From: Bacteroidales bacterium
GTDB lineage: Bacteria; Bacteroidota; Bacteroidia; Bacteroidales; Muribaculaceae
Assembly: GCA_015061085.1 (NCBI GenBank)
Contig: SUXG01000007.1
Span: forward strand, 22,143 to 86,142
DNA: 64,000 nucleotides
Direction of reading: 5' to 3'
Part shown: positions 42,834 to 50,774 of the stretch, in pieces
Position numbering within the stretch: position 1 is the stretch's first letter
How the letters are laid out: the number at the start of each line of letters is the position of its first letter
Translations under genes and position numbers: made by a program
The notes under the pieces: generated by a model
What the model was told of the DNA's origin: nothing
Databases searched by the model: none
What the model saw: the letters and a program-made list of their open reading frames with translations, nothing else

Positions 42834-42875
42834 AAGTCTGTGCCAAAATTATGAAGGATTTTGGCACAGACTTTT
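42834..42875 (+). terminator. Intrinsic terminator after aspD
   Basis: AAGTCTGTGCCAAAAT / ATTTTGGCACAGACTT arms followed by a T-tract. Confidence 0.85.
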
Positions 42876-43058
42876 ATATGCAAGACCCTTTACTCTTCCT
42901 CATGATTGCATTGCTATAAAGTCCACTATACGCTGATACGCTCCTATTTATATTGTTTCAATAAATCATATTATCAACACGAAATCTGCAAAAAGAGCAT
43001 TTATAAAATATTTTTGAAAAAAATCGACCAAATATTTTGCCATTTCGAAAAATATCAC

Positions 43059-43066
43059 TAACTTTG
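43059..43066 (+). promoter_or_regulatory. sigmaA -7 element for tRNA-His
   Basis: TAACTTTG, with an upstream TTTG (-33) at 43037-43040. Confidence 0.7.
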
Positions 43067-43094
43067 CATCGCCTTTCACAAATAAGGCACACAT

Positions 43095-43171
<77 letters not shown>

Positions 43172-43172
<1 letters not shown>

Positions 43173-43199
43173 AAAGCACTTCACACGAAGTGCTTTTTT
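43172..43199. terminator. Terminator after tRNA-His (bidirectional with the four-helix gene)
   Basis: AAAAGCACTTC-ACAC-GAAGTGCTTTTT. Confidence 0.85.
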
Positions 43200-43250
43200 C
43201 GTTTATATCCACAAACATATTCCAATCAGTAGAAATTTTATTCACTCTCA

Positions 43251-43805
43251 CTAATGATCCTTACGCCATTGAATCCTGGCTCGTGTCATCTCCTCTTTTA
43301 TGCCACCCGACTCAAGAAAATCTTGCTTGATATAATCAAAATAGCGTTTAATCAAATAATCCGTCTGATGGATAAGAATTATAGCAATATTGGCTATCGT
43401 CTCATCGGAACGTTCCTTTATAGCACTTTGGTAATATTCCGGCTCGTTATGCTTAGCACATACACGACGAGCCTGCTCATGTTTTTCACTCGATTCTGAC
43501 CATAATTGCAAGCCCCTTACTCTCAAATAGTCTTTGTAATCCTCAAGGAGTTCTTGCAGGCTTGCCTTGGCTACATTTAGCAATTTTATCTCCATCTCAG
43601 AAGATGTTGTCGAAGCCGAGCAGCCCTCGACGATATTTTGTTTTCCGGAGCGAGCAGCCTGTATCATCTGGTCGATTGTGCGATCTCCCTTATTCAGATA
43701 CTTGTGAGTAAAATAATAAGTCACATCATATATGCACATCGATTTTTTGTAACATATAAGTTCCTCGTAATTACCTTTTTGACGGATAAAGTTGCTACTC
43801 TGCAT
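43251..43805 (-). CDS. Four-helix-bundle protein (23S rRNA IVP/Avd-like superfamily) with suffix domain
   Basis: GNYEELICYKK, RTIDQMIQAARSGKQNIVEG, ASLQELLEDYKDYLR, FLESGGIKEEMTRAR. Confidence 0.88.
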   Translation of the reverse strand: MQSSNFIRQKGNYEELICYKKSMCIYDVTYYFTHKYLNKGDRTIDQMIQAARSGKQNIVEGCSASTTSSEMEIKLLNVAKASLQELLEDYKDYLRVRGLQLWSESSEKHEQARRVCAKHNEPEYYQSAIKERSDETIANIAIILIHQTDYLIKRYFDYIKQDFLESGGIKEEMTRARIQWRKDH

Positions 43806-43899
43806 GGCTCTAAAGTTTTTGCAAATATACAGTGTGTAAATCTATTCAGCAAATAATCCTTATTATTTTTTCTCAAAGAGCACATTATTCAGTCCATTT

Positions 43900-44049
43900 A
43901 AGGGCTAAAAAGGCTAAAAGGCCCAAAAGGCAACTTAAACCAACATCTTCTCTACTATACTCTCTACCTCCCTGACTCAAACTCCTTATTACCCTTTAGC
44001 TCTTTTTTCGACCCTGTGCATTGTAGCCCTTGCCGCCCTTTTGGCCCTA
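43900..44049. repeat. Degenerate 9-bp tandem repeats in inverted arrangement (AAGGGCTAA-like)
   Basis: Left: AAGGGCTAA AAAGGCTAA AAGGCCCAA AAGGCAACT (43900-43935). Right: GTAGCCCTT GCCGCCCTT TTGGCCCTA (44023-44049). Confidence 0.7.
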
Positions 44050-44053
44050 TCCT

Positions 44054-44083
44054 AAACAGAAGGGCAAGCTCTCGCCTACCCTT
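44054..44083 (-). terminator. Terminator hairpin after the HsdR-N gene
   Basis: Minus strand AAGGGTAGGC-GAGA-GCTTGCCCTT, fully paired with two G-U and a GNRA loop, then CTGTTT. Confidence 0.7.
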
Positions 44084-44146
44084 TACTATTAATCTTTTAT
44101 CGGACACCAATAATTATATATATTTACAAAAACGACAGCGTATGTT

Positions 44147-45241
44147 TTACTTATACTGGTTAACTGCATTAATCAACGCCTCTCTATGGTCGTAGATGTT
44201 ATCAATGCTTTCGATTGTGTGCTTAATCTCCTTCTTATCTTCGATAAACGCAATATACTTAACCGATGCTCGGTTGAGGTAGAGACGGCACACAGGTTTG
44301 CGATTATTGTCATCAATGAAGATTGAAAAGTAACTTTGTGCATCGCGGTATGTAATGCGTTCAGGAGCAATCTCGCAACGAATGATAGACTTAACTATAT
44401 AGTATGCCTCCAATTCTTCTTCTGTTGTCACAATCTTACTTGCAGTTTCTTCATGAACTTCCTCTGCAGGCTGTTCGACTAAAGGTGCAGCTATAACCGG
44501 CTCTACTTGGACCGGTTGTTCAGCAGACTTGATAGCCACATTAAGGCGTTCTGATATCACATCATTAATATGGCTTGACAAAGCACGATGAACGTAGTCT
44601 ATAAACTGTTCAAGCACTCTTTGAGATACAACACCTTGATATACACGCTTAGCCAACAATTTGACCAACTCAGTAGATGGAGCAGAAAACTCCTTCTTAA
44701 TCTCTACTTTGAGGTTAGACATATATTTCAATTCGTTTGCTGTGCTGATGATATCTGTCACATTGAAAGCAGACTTACAAAACTTTTTAAGTTCTTTGAT
44801 ATGGCTTTCTTTTAGATTTTCAAAGTCAACTTCAAGGAAAGGCGTAGAATCCATGATATTAACGTTGTCAAGGTCTGCATAAAAACGATAAACAATGCCA
44901 TTGGTGAGGACGCCGAATTTAGCTTTAGAAGCGACATAATACTTCTGAAGTTGATTATCATGTAGATTGAGGTCCTGCGCCCAATGTTTACATTCAATTA
45001 ACATAATAGGCTCACCATCTTTCATAATAGCATAATCAATCTTTTCACCTTTTTTCTTAATAAGGTCACAATCCATCTCAGGGACAACTTCCATAGGGTT
45101 GAAGACATCATAGCCGAGCATTTGGATAAACGGCATGATAAAAGCATTCTTCGTAGCTTCTTCAGTAGCGATTGAATCTTTTAGATTTGCCACTCTACGG
45201 GCAAGTTCTTGGCAATAATCTGAGAAATCCATAGTCATCAA
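44147..45241 (-). CDS. Stand-alone HsdR N-terminal (PD-(D/E)xK nuclease) domain protein
   Basis: TEEATKNAFIMPFIQMLGYDVFNP.EVVPE, KIDYAI..IECK, LTNGIVYRFY; C-terminal DDNNRKPVCRLY; no helicase domain. Confidence 0.85.
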   Translation of the reverse strand: MMTMDFSDYCQELARRVANLKDSIATEEATKNAFIMPFIQMLGYDVFNPMEVVPEMDCDLIKKKGEKIDYAIMKDGEPIMLIECKHWAQDLNLHDNQLQKYYVASKAKFGVLTNGIVYRFYADLDNVNIMDSTPFLEVDFENLKESHIKELKKFCKSAFNVTDIISTANELKYMSNLKVEIKKEFSAPSTELVKLLAKRVYQGVVSQRVLEQFIDYVHRALSSHINDVISERLNVAIKSAEQPVQVEPVIAAPLVEQPAEEVHEETASKIVTTEEELEAYYIVKSIIRCEIAPERITYRDAQSYFSIFIDDNNRKPVCRLYLNRASVKYIAFIEDKKEIKHTIESIDNIYDHREALINAVNQYK

Positions 45242-45344
45242 AATTTATGTTAACAAATTGTATTATATTTTCAATTTAGCAATTTATGTGGTCGAGGACT
45301 ACGGCGACCGACGATGTTAGTAATCAGGTTTACAATAAGGACAT

Positions 45345-45695
45345 AAAAAAAGCGTGAAGCCCTGCACTGTCGCTCGCTTCACTCCTTGAGGCCCGTAGGA
45401 AGTTGCCCTGTCTGTCGAAACGAGCAACGCAAGCCCCACGCCGATGATGTATATACGCCATATCGACGCCCCATAGACTCCACTGATGTAAAGATACACC
45501 AATGGCTACAAGACGCCAACAGGAATATGTATAAACACATCCCGGGGGCATTTACGTTGCTTTGTTTTTGACAGACATTTTTGAAATTTTCCTACGATTT
45601 CAAGGAGTCAAAACCAAAGCGTAGTAAACGCCTTTTAGTATGTACTGCCCCACCCCATGCCACTCTCTCTTGAGCGTCTTAGGCGTGAGACAATG
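45345..45695 (-). ncRNA. Candidate structured leader RNA/attenuator (two hairpins with complementary loops, U7 terminator)
   Basis: Promoter TAATTTTG at 45696-45703; hand-folded stems; inverted blocks ACTCCTTGA, CGTAGGAA, TGTCTGTC, AGCAACG and GCCCC shared between 45381-45437 and 45545-45608. Confidence 0.65.
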
Positions 45696-45808
45696 CAAAA
45701 TTACAAAAATATTTGAATATTGCTAACTTTTCCTACTTTTTATTCACACTTGTTCTACAGCTAACACAACATAAGTCACCAAATATTATACGTTCAAACT
45801 CCAGTTAT

Positions 45809-46522
45809 TTATAGCTCTAACTTCCACCCATTGTCTGCATGGTAAATCATCTGCTTGGTCATACCACCATCGATGCAAATGTTTTCTCCGGTGATGAAAC
45901 CGGCTTTCTCAGAGCATAAAAAAAGCACCATATTCGCTATATCCATTGGATTTCCGACACGTCCTACAGGTTGCTGCAATGCGTCTGCGCCCTCGTATTC
46001 CACATATTGAGTATCTATCCAACCTGGTGATATCGAATTTACACGAGCGCTGCCTGCAAGACTTACAGCAAGGGCATGCGTCAATGCTGCAATTCCTCCT
46101 TTGGCTGCAGTGTAACTTTCTGTTTGAGGTTGGCTCATCCTATCTCGCGATGAAGAAATGTTTATTATAGATGCTCCTTGCGTTAAATACGGTATCAAAA
46201 GTTTTACCAAATAAAAAGGCGCTGCAACTCCTACGCTCAACGCATATTGAAAATCTTCATAAGAGCAATCATCGATACCTTTCATTATCGGCAAAGCGTT
46301 ATTGATGATATAATCCACCCTTCCATAATTGTCTGCTATATATTTCACGAAAGATTCAATGACGCATTTATCTGCAATATCACCGACATAATGATTGCCC
46401 GGTTCCTTATCAATCACACAAACATGCGATCCATTTTTAGCAAACTGTTCAGCAATACATTTACCTATTCCGTTTGCACCACCGGTGACTACAACGACTT
46501 TATCTTTAAATTCTTGCTGCAT
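45809..46522 (-). CDS. Short-chain dehydrogenase/reductase
   Basis: TGGANGIG, INNA, YTAAKGG (YxxxK), NSISPGWI. Confidence 0.93.
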   Translation of the reverse strand: MQQEFKDKVVVVTGGANGIGKCIAEQFAKNGSHVCVIDKEPGNHYVGDIADKCVIESFVKYIADNYGRVDYIINNALPIMKGIDDCSYEDFQYALSVGVAAPFYLVKLLIPYLTQGASIINISSSRDRMSQPQTESYTAAKGGIAALTHALAVSLAGSARVNSISPGWIDTQYVEYEGADALQQPVGRVGNPMDIANMVLFLCSEKAGFITGENICIDGGMTKQMIYHADNGWKLEL

Positions 46523-46536
46523 AAGTATCTCTCTTT

Positions 46537-47817
46537 TTAGTTATATACGACCTTATAGACTTCAGAAGCCGAAAAATCCACTAATGAATGTCGTGACCTC
46601 TTCAAACACGGAAGCCATATAATTTCTCCTGTTGAAATTTCTTCTAAAAGCCAATAATCTCGTCTTTGCTTGGTTGTCAATTTTGCATCCTTCAGTATGT
46701 CGCTCACTAACGACGACCCTCTCATTCCCAATGGAGAAATTCTATCACCAATCTGAGGATGACGAAAACGATAGTTCTCAATGCTTTTAGGCAGATAAAT
46801 CATAGTTTGGTCTTTATTTCCTCTGATGCTATGGGCCAGTTCATCATTCATTTCAAGTTTCTCGCAGGTATAATCAATTGTCAAACTTTGACTTTCATGA
46901 TTTTTTAAAACATGAAAGCCATCTCGTTCAGCCACAACTTCACAATCTGTCAACAGCCATCGTTTGCCGACAAATTCATCGGTAACCAATGCAACCGACA
47001 TCTCTTTTATTATACTATCATTAATCCCATGATTTTTAAAATACTCATATAGAAGAGTCGCTTTATCGGGCGATTTTCTGATAATATCGTATGACAAAAA
47101 GTTATCATCTGCTTCTGCCAATAACTCCGAGAGTTTAGACTTATAAAACGTCTCTACGCCACACAAATTAATCTGACTGCGTCGCAACGTTTTTCTTATG
47201 CCACTCCATCTTGTTTCCAACTCTGGCAAAAGAACATTCCTAATATAATTTCTCCGATAGTCGGATTGTAGATTAGAAGAATCGACGACATAGCCGATTC
47301 CTTCATCATTTAAATATTCCTCAATATCCTTCCTTGTAAATTGAAGCAATGGTCGCAAGATTTTTCCATTATCAATCTTCATCCCGATTAAACCATCTAT
47401 TCCGGTGCCTCGAAACAAGTTGAGCAACATTGTCTCAATATTGTCATCACTATTATGAGCTACAACTATCCGACTGCATTCATGTTTTTCAAGCAATGTG
47501 GCAAACCATTCATATCGCAATTCGCGACACGCCATCTCTATTGAGACCTTATGATTGCGACAATATTCTTCGACATCAAAATCTATAAGGTTCAAACTGA
47601 CGCCATGCTGACGACACAATTCCTCAACAAACGATTGATCGCGGTCGCTCTCTGCACCTCGCAAATGGAAATTACAGTGAGCAACCACACAATCTCTTTT
47701 CAGACGACACAAACTATGCAACAATGCCGTGGAATCGGCACCACCACTGACAGCAACCAGCAACCGACCTTCGACATCGCATATTACTCTCGCGACATCT
47801 GCCTCAAATTTTAACAT
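46537..47817 (-). CDS. tilS: tRNA(Ile)-lysidine synthetase
   Basis: PP-loop AVSGGADS, HCNFHLRG, RELRY, AHNSDDNIET, RPLL, DSSN..YRRNYIR. Confidence 0.96.
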   Translation of the reverse strand: MLKFEADVARVICDVEGRLLVAVSGGADSTALLHSLCRLKRDCVVAHCNFHLRGAESDRDQSFVEELCRQHGVSLNLIDFDVEEYCRNHKVSIEMACRELRYEWFATLLEKHECSRIVVAHNSDDNIETMLLNLFRGTGIDGLIGMKIDNGKILRPLLQFTRKDIEEYLNDEGIGYVVDSSNLQSDYRRNYIRNVLLPELETRWSGIRKTLRRSQINLCGVETFYKSKLSELLAEADDNFLSYDIIRKSPDKATLLYEYFKNHGINDSIIKEMSVALVTDEFVGKRWLLTDCEVVAERDGFHVLKNHESQSLTIDYTCEKLEMNDELAHSIRGNKDQTMIYLPKSIENYRFRHPQIGDRISPLGMRGSSLVSDILKDAKLTTKQRRDYWLLEEISTGEIIWLPCLKRSRHSLVDFSASEVYKVVYN

Positions 47818-47833
47818 CTATATTGAATAATTC

Positions 47834-48493
47834 TTATCGTAAACTGATAGGAATAACACATGTAATTCGTGCGAGTTCATAAATATCAGATCTTGAAATA
47901 TCAAAATCCGGATAGTCAGTTGAATTATATGAAACACAACGCACTAATCCTTTGTCTTCACTTTCAAATACCCTCTTAATCATTACTCCGTCAGCCGTTG
48001 ACAAAGCATAGACTTCTCCCCAACGTATAACTCTCGTGTTGATCTTAGCCAAGCCTATCAAAGAACCCGGTGGTATCGACAATTCCGGATTGTTATTGTT
48101 AATCATTGAATGTCCTGTGGCCTGAATAAAAAATTCAGTTTCCACCGGCACTCCCGGAATGCTTATATATGGCAATTCGGTAACTCGAGCCGTCGAAGCA
48201 ATACCGAATGCTTTGCCACACTCTGCCTTTGATGTGTCAAGCAATGGATAAGTCGCAAAACCTGTCTGTTTCTTTGTTCCCAACATTTCTCCATCTCCGG
48301 TCAAGAGCCATGCCCTATTAATCTCAGGATAAGCATCAAGAATCATTTCTGCAGTTTTTGAAGTAATGTCTTTGCCTTCTTTTCTGCTTTTACCTAAAGT
48401 TCCTACTGAAATACCACTCTCTAAAGTCACTTTATTATCGTTCAATCCGCGAAATTTAATGTATCTGTCAAGTCTATCTACTCGTCTTCCCAT
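47834..48493 (-). CDS. CI/LexA-like regulator: N-terminal HTH plus S24 peptidase domain
   Basis: INRAWLLTGDGEM linker, AECG putative cleavage site, catalytic GHSM (Ser) and MIKR (Lys). Confidence 0.85.
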   Translation of the reverse strand: MGRRVDRLDRYIKFRGLNDNKVTLESGISVGTLGKSRKEGKDITSKTAEMILDAYPEINRAWLLTGDGEMLGTKKQTGFATYPLLDTSKAECGKAFGIASTARVTELPYISIPGVPVETEFFIQATGHSMINNNNPELSIPPGSLIGLAKINTRVIRWGEVYALSTADGVMIKRVFESEDKGLVRCVSYNSTDYPDFDISRSDIYELARITCVIPISLR

Positions 48494-48974
48494 ATTTCTA
48501 CATGTTTTATAGTTAATAAATCATCTGTTTTTCATTGGTTTACAAAAAATAAATCAATACTGATATTGACTTATTTTGCAAATATACGAAACATTTGCTT
48601 ATTACGCAAATATTTTAATACAAATTTCAACAGCCAGATATCATTCTATATTTTTATTAATTGTATACTAAGGTATCTTTACCAACGCCGGGATTACATT
48701 ATTTCTTTACTCTTCTTCCATTTATAAATTTCCCAAGAAAATTTTTCCACCATTACATCTTATCGAATTATTCAGCCTACCCGACCCTATTTTATTTAGA
48801 CTTACCCATTTTTTTATCCAACAAACCATTAAAAAACTTAACAAAATAACATATCTTCCGGAATTACCGTAAACAAAATTCTAATCATTAACATCTATTA
48901 ACTAAAAATAATTTGCTATTTAGGTACTAAGCACTAATTTTGCATCAGTTTAAAATTTGAACTCAGTACAAATT

Positions 48975-49385
48975 ATGACAAATGCGTTAGAAATATTAGC
49001 TAAATTTGAGATTCGACCATCTCTTCAACGCGTGGCAGTAATGGACTATGTTCTCAAAAACAGATTCCACTCCACAGCCGATGAGATTTACGACGAGCTC
49101 GTTAAAACTATGCCAACACTCTCACGCACCACTATCTACAACACTCTTAACCTCTTAGTCGAAAAAGGAGCTATCAGAGCGCTACACCTTGAGAAAGATG
49201 CTGTCCATTATGATGCAGGTCTTCACCCTCACGCTCATTTTATCTGCTCACAATGTCGCAAGATACACGATGTAGATATACCGGAAAATGTTTGGAACAA
49301 TGTACTCTCTTACGCGCCGGTGCCTGACGCAGAGATGCAAATCAACTTCCGCGCCACCTGTCATAGCTGTCTTGAAAACAACTAA
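48975..49385 (+). CDS. Fur-family regulator, probably PerR-like
   Basis: RPSLQR, HSTADEIY, SRTTIYNTL, HAHFICSQC and C-terminal CxxC; precedes rubrerythrins. Start moved to ATG 48975. Confidence 0.88.
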   Translation: MTNALEILAKFEIRPSLQRVAVMDYVLKNRFHSTADEIYDELVKTMPTLSRTTIYNTLNLLVEKGAIRALHLEKDAVHYDAGLHPHAHFICSQCRKIHDVDIPENVWNNVLSYAPVPDAEMQINFRATCHSCLENN

Positions 49386-49437
49386 CAACAAATATAACTA
49401 ACTAAACAATAACTTAACACTAAAAAACTATACGATT

Positions 49438-49989
49438 ATGTCAAAGAAATGGATTTGCACAGTATGTGGTTATGTAGCAGAAGGTGAAAGCGCTCCTGAA
49501 TTCTGCCCTCAATGTAAGGTACCTGCTTCAAAGTTCAAAGAACTCAATGAAGAAGAAGGTCTCACATTCGTAGCTGAACACGTTATAGGCGTTGCTAAGG
49601 GTTGTGACGACGAAATGATAACTGACCTCAATGCTCACTTCATGGGTGAATGTACAGAAGTCGGCATGTACCTTGCTATGTCTCGTCAAGCTGACCGCGA
49701 AGGCTATCCTGAAATCGCTGAAGCTTTCAAACGCTACGCTTGGGAAGAAGCTGAACACGCTGCTAAATTCGCTGAACTCCTCGGCGACTGCGTATGGGAC
49801 ACTAAGACCAACCTCGAAAAGCGCATGAACGCTGAGTCAGGTGCTTGCGCCGACAAGTTCCGCATCGCTAAACGCGCTAAAGAACTCAACCTCGACGCTA
49901 TCCACGACACAGTTCACGAAATGGCTCGCGATGAAGCTCGCCACGGCCAAGGTTTCCAAGGTCTCTATAACCGTTACTTCAAGAAATAA
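49438..49989 (+). CDS. Reverse rubrerythrin (NADH peroxidase)
   Basis: N-terminal rubredoxin CTVCGY..CPQC, then ferritin-like [21 protein letters not shown]. Confidence 0.93.
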   Translation: MSKKWICTVCGYVAEGESAPEFCPQCKVPASKFKELNEEEGLTFVAEHVIGVAKGCDDEMITDLNAHFMGECTEVGMYLAMSRQADREGYPEIAEAFKRYAWEEAEHAAKFAELLGDCVWDTKTNLEKRMNAESGACADKFRIAKRAKELNLDAIHDTVHEMARDEARHGQGFQGLYNRYFKK

Positions 49990-50043
49990 TCGCAAACAAA
50001 ATTAAAATTAATTTATTAACAACTAAAACAAATAAAAATAATT

Positions 50044-50619
50044 ATGAAAAGCGTAAAAGGAACTCAAACAGAAAAAAACTTGCTAACATCATTCGCAGGC
50101 GAATCACAAGCAAGAAACAGATATACATTCTTCGCAAGTCAAGCTAAGAAAGAAGGTTATGAACAAATCGCTGCTATCTTCACAACTACAGCCGAACAAG
50201 AAAAAGAACACGCAAAACGCATGTTTAAATTCCTCGAAGGTGGTTGCGTAGAAATCACAGCAAGCTATCCTGCAGGCGTAATCGGTACAACTGTTGACAA
50301 CCTAAAGGCTGCTGCTATGGGTGAAAACGAAGAATGGAGCCAAGACTATCCTCACTTCGCAGATGTTGCAGAACAAGAAGGTTTCCCTGCAATTGCGAAA
50401 ATGTATCGCGAAATCTGCGTCGCTGAAAAGGCTCACGAAGAACAATACCTTGCACTCGCTAAACGTCTTGAAGAAGGCACTCTCTTCGCTCAACCTGAAG
50501 TGACTTATTGGCAATGCCGCAACTGTGGTTATGTATATGAAGGCACATCTGCACCTGCAGCTTGCCCTGCATGTCTCCACCCACAGGCATACTTCGAAAT
50601 CAGAAATACAAATATCTAA
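50044..50619 (+). CDS. rbr: Rubrerythrin
   Basis: FAGESQARNRY, EKEHAK, EKAHE; C-terminal CRNCGY..CPAC. Confidence 0.96.
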   Translation: MKSVKGTQTEKNLLTSFAGESQARNRYTFFASQAKKEGYEQIAAIFTTTAEQEKEHAKRMFKFLEGGCVEITASYPAGVIGTTVDNLKAAAMGENEEWSQDYPHFADVAEQEGFPAIAKMYREICVAEKAHEEQYLALAKRLEEGTLFAQPEVTYWQCRNCGYVYEGTSAPAACPACLHPQAYFEIRNTNI

Positions 50620-50686
50620 TCAGAAATCTGTCAGATTAATATTTAACATAGTAAGTTTTTGTATATTTAGATTAATTTTAGTAATG

Positions 50687-50729
50687 AGAAGCACCCCAAA
50701 AGCAAATACTTTTGGGGTGTTTTCTTCTT
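50687..50729. terminator. Terminator between rbr and the convergent surface-protein gene
   Basis: CACCCCAAAAG / CTTTTGGGGTG arms followed by TTTT. Confidence 0.85.
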
Positions 50730-50774
50730 AATATATTTATATACATTTCGAAATCTAAATCATATATCACAACA

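Noticed and set aside
42858-42875. Sigma54 promoter TTGGCACAGACTTTT
   Set aside because: It is the right arm of the aspD terminator hairpin and lacks a -12 TTGC.
43900-44049. CRISPR array
   Set aside because: Units are 9 bp, contiguous and degenerate, with no unique spacers and no cas genes.
44147-45241. Type I restriction-modification system
   Set aside because: Only the N-terminal nuclease domain is present; no helicase motifs, hsdM or hsdS in the window.
45317-45571. Three short ORFs within the structured leader
   Set aside because: They use non-ATG or poorly supported starts and have no recognisable motifs; the GC-rich pairing pattern is better explained by RNA structure. A leader peptide cannot be fully excluded.
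47834-48493. Prophage marked by a CI-like repressor
   Set aside because: No integrase, Cro, replication or structural genes; the neighbours are tilS and Fur/rubrerythrins.
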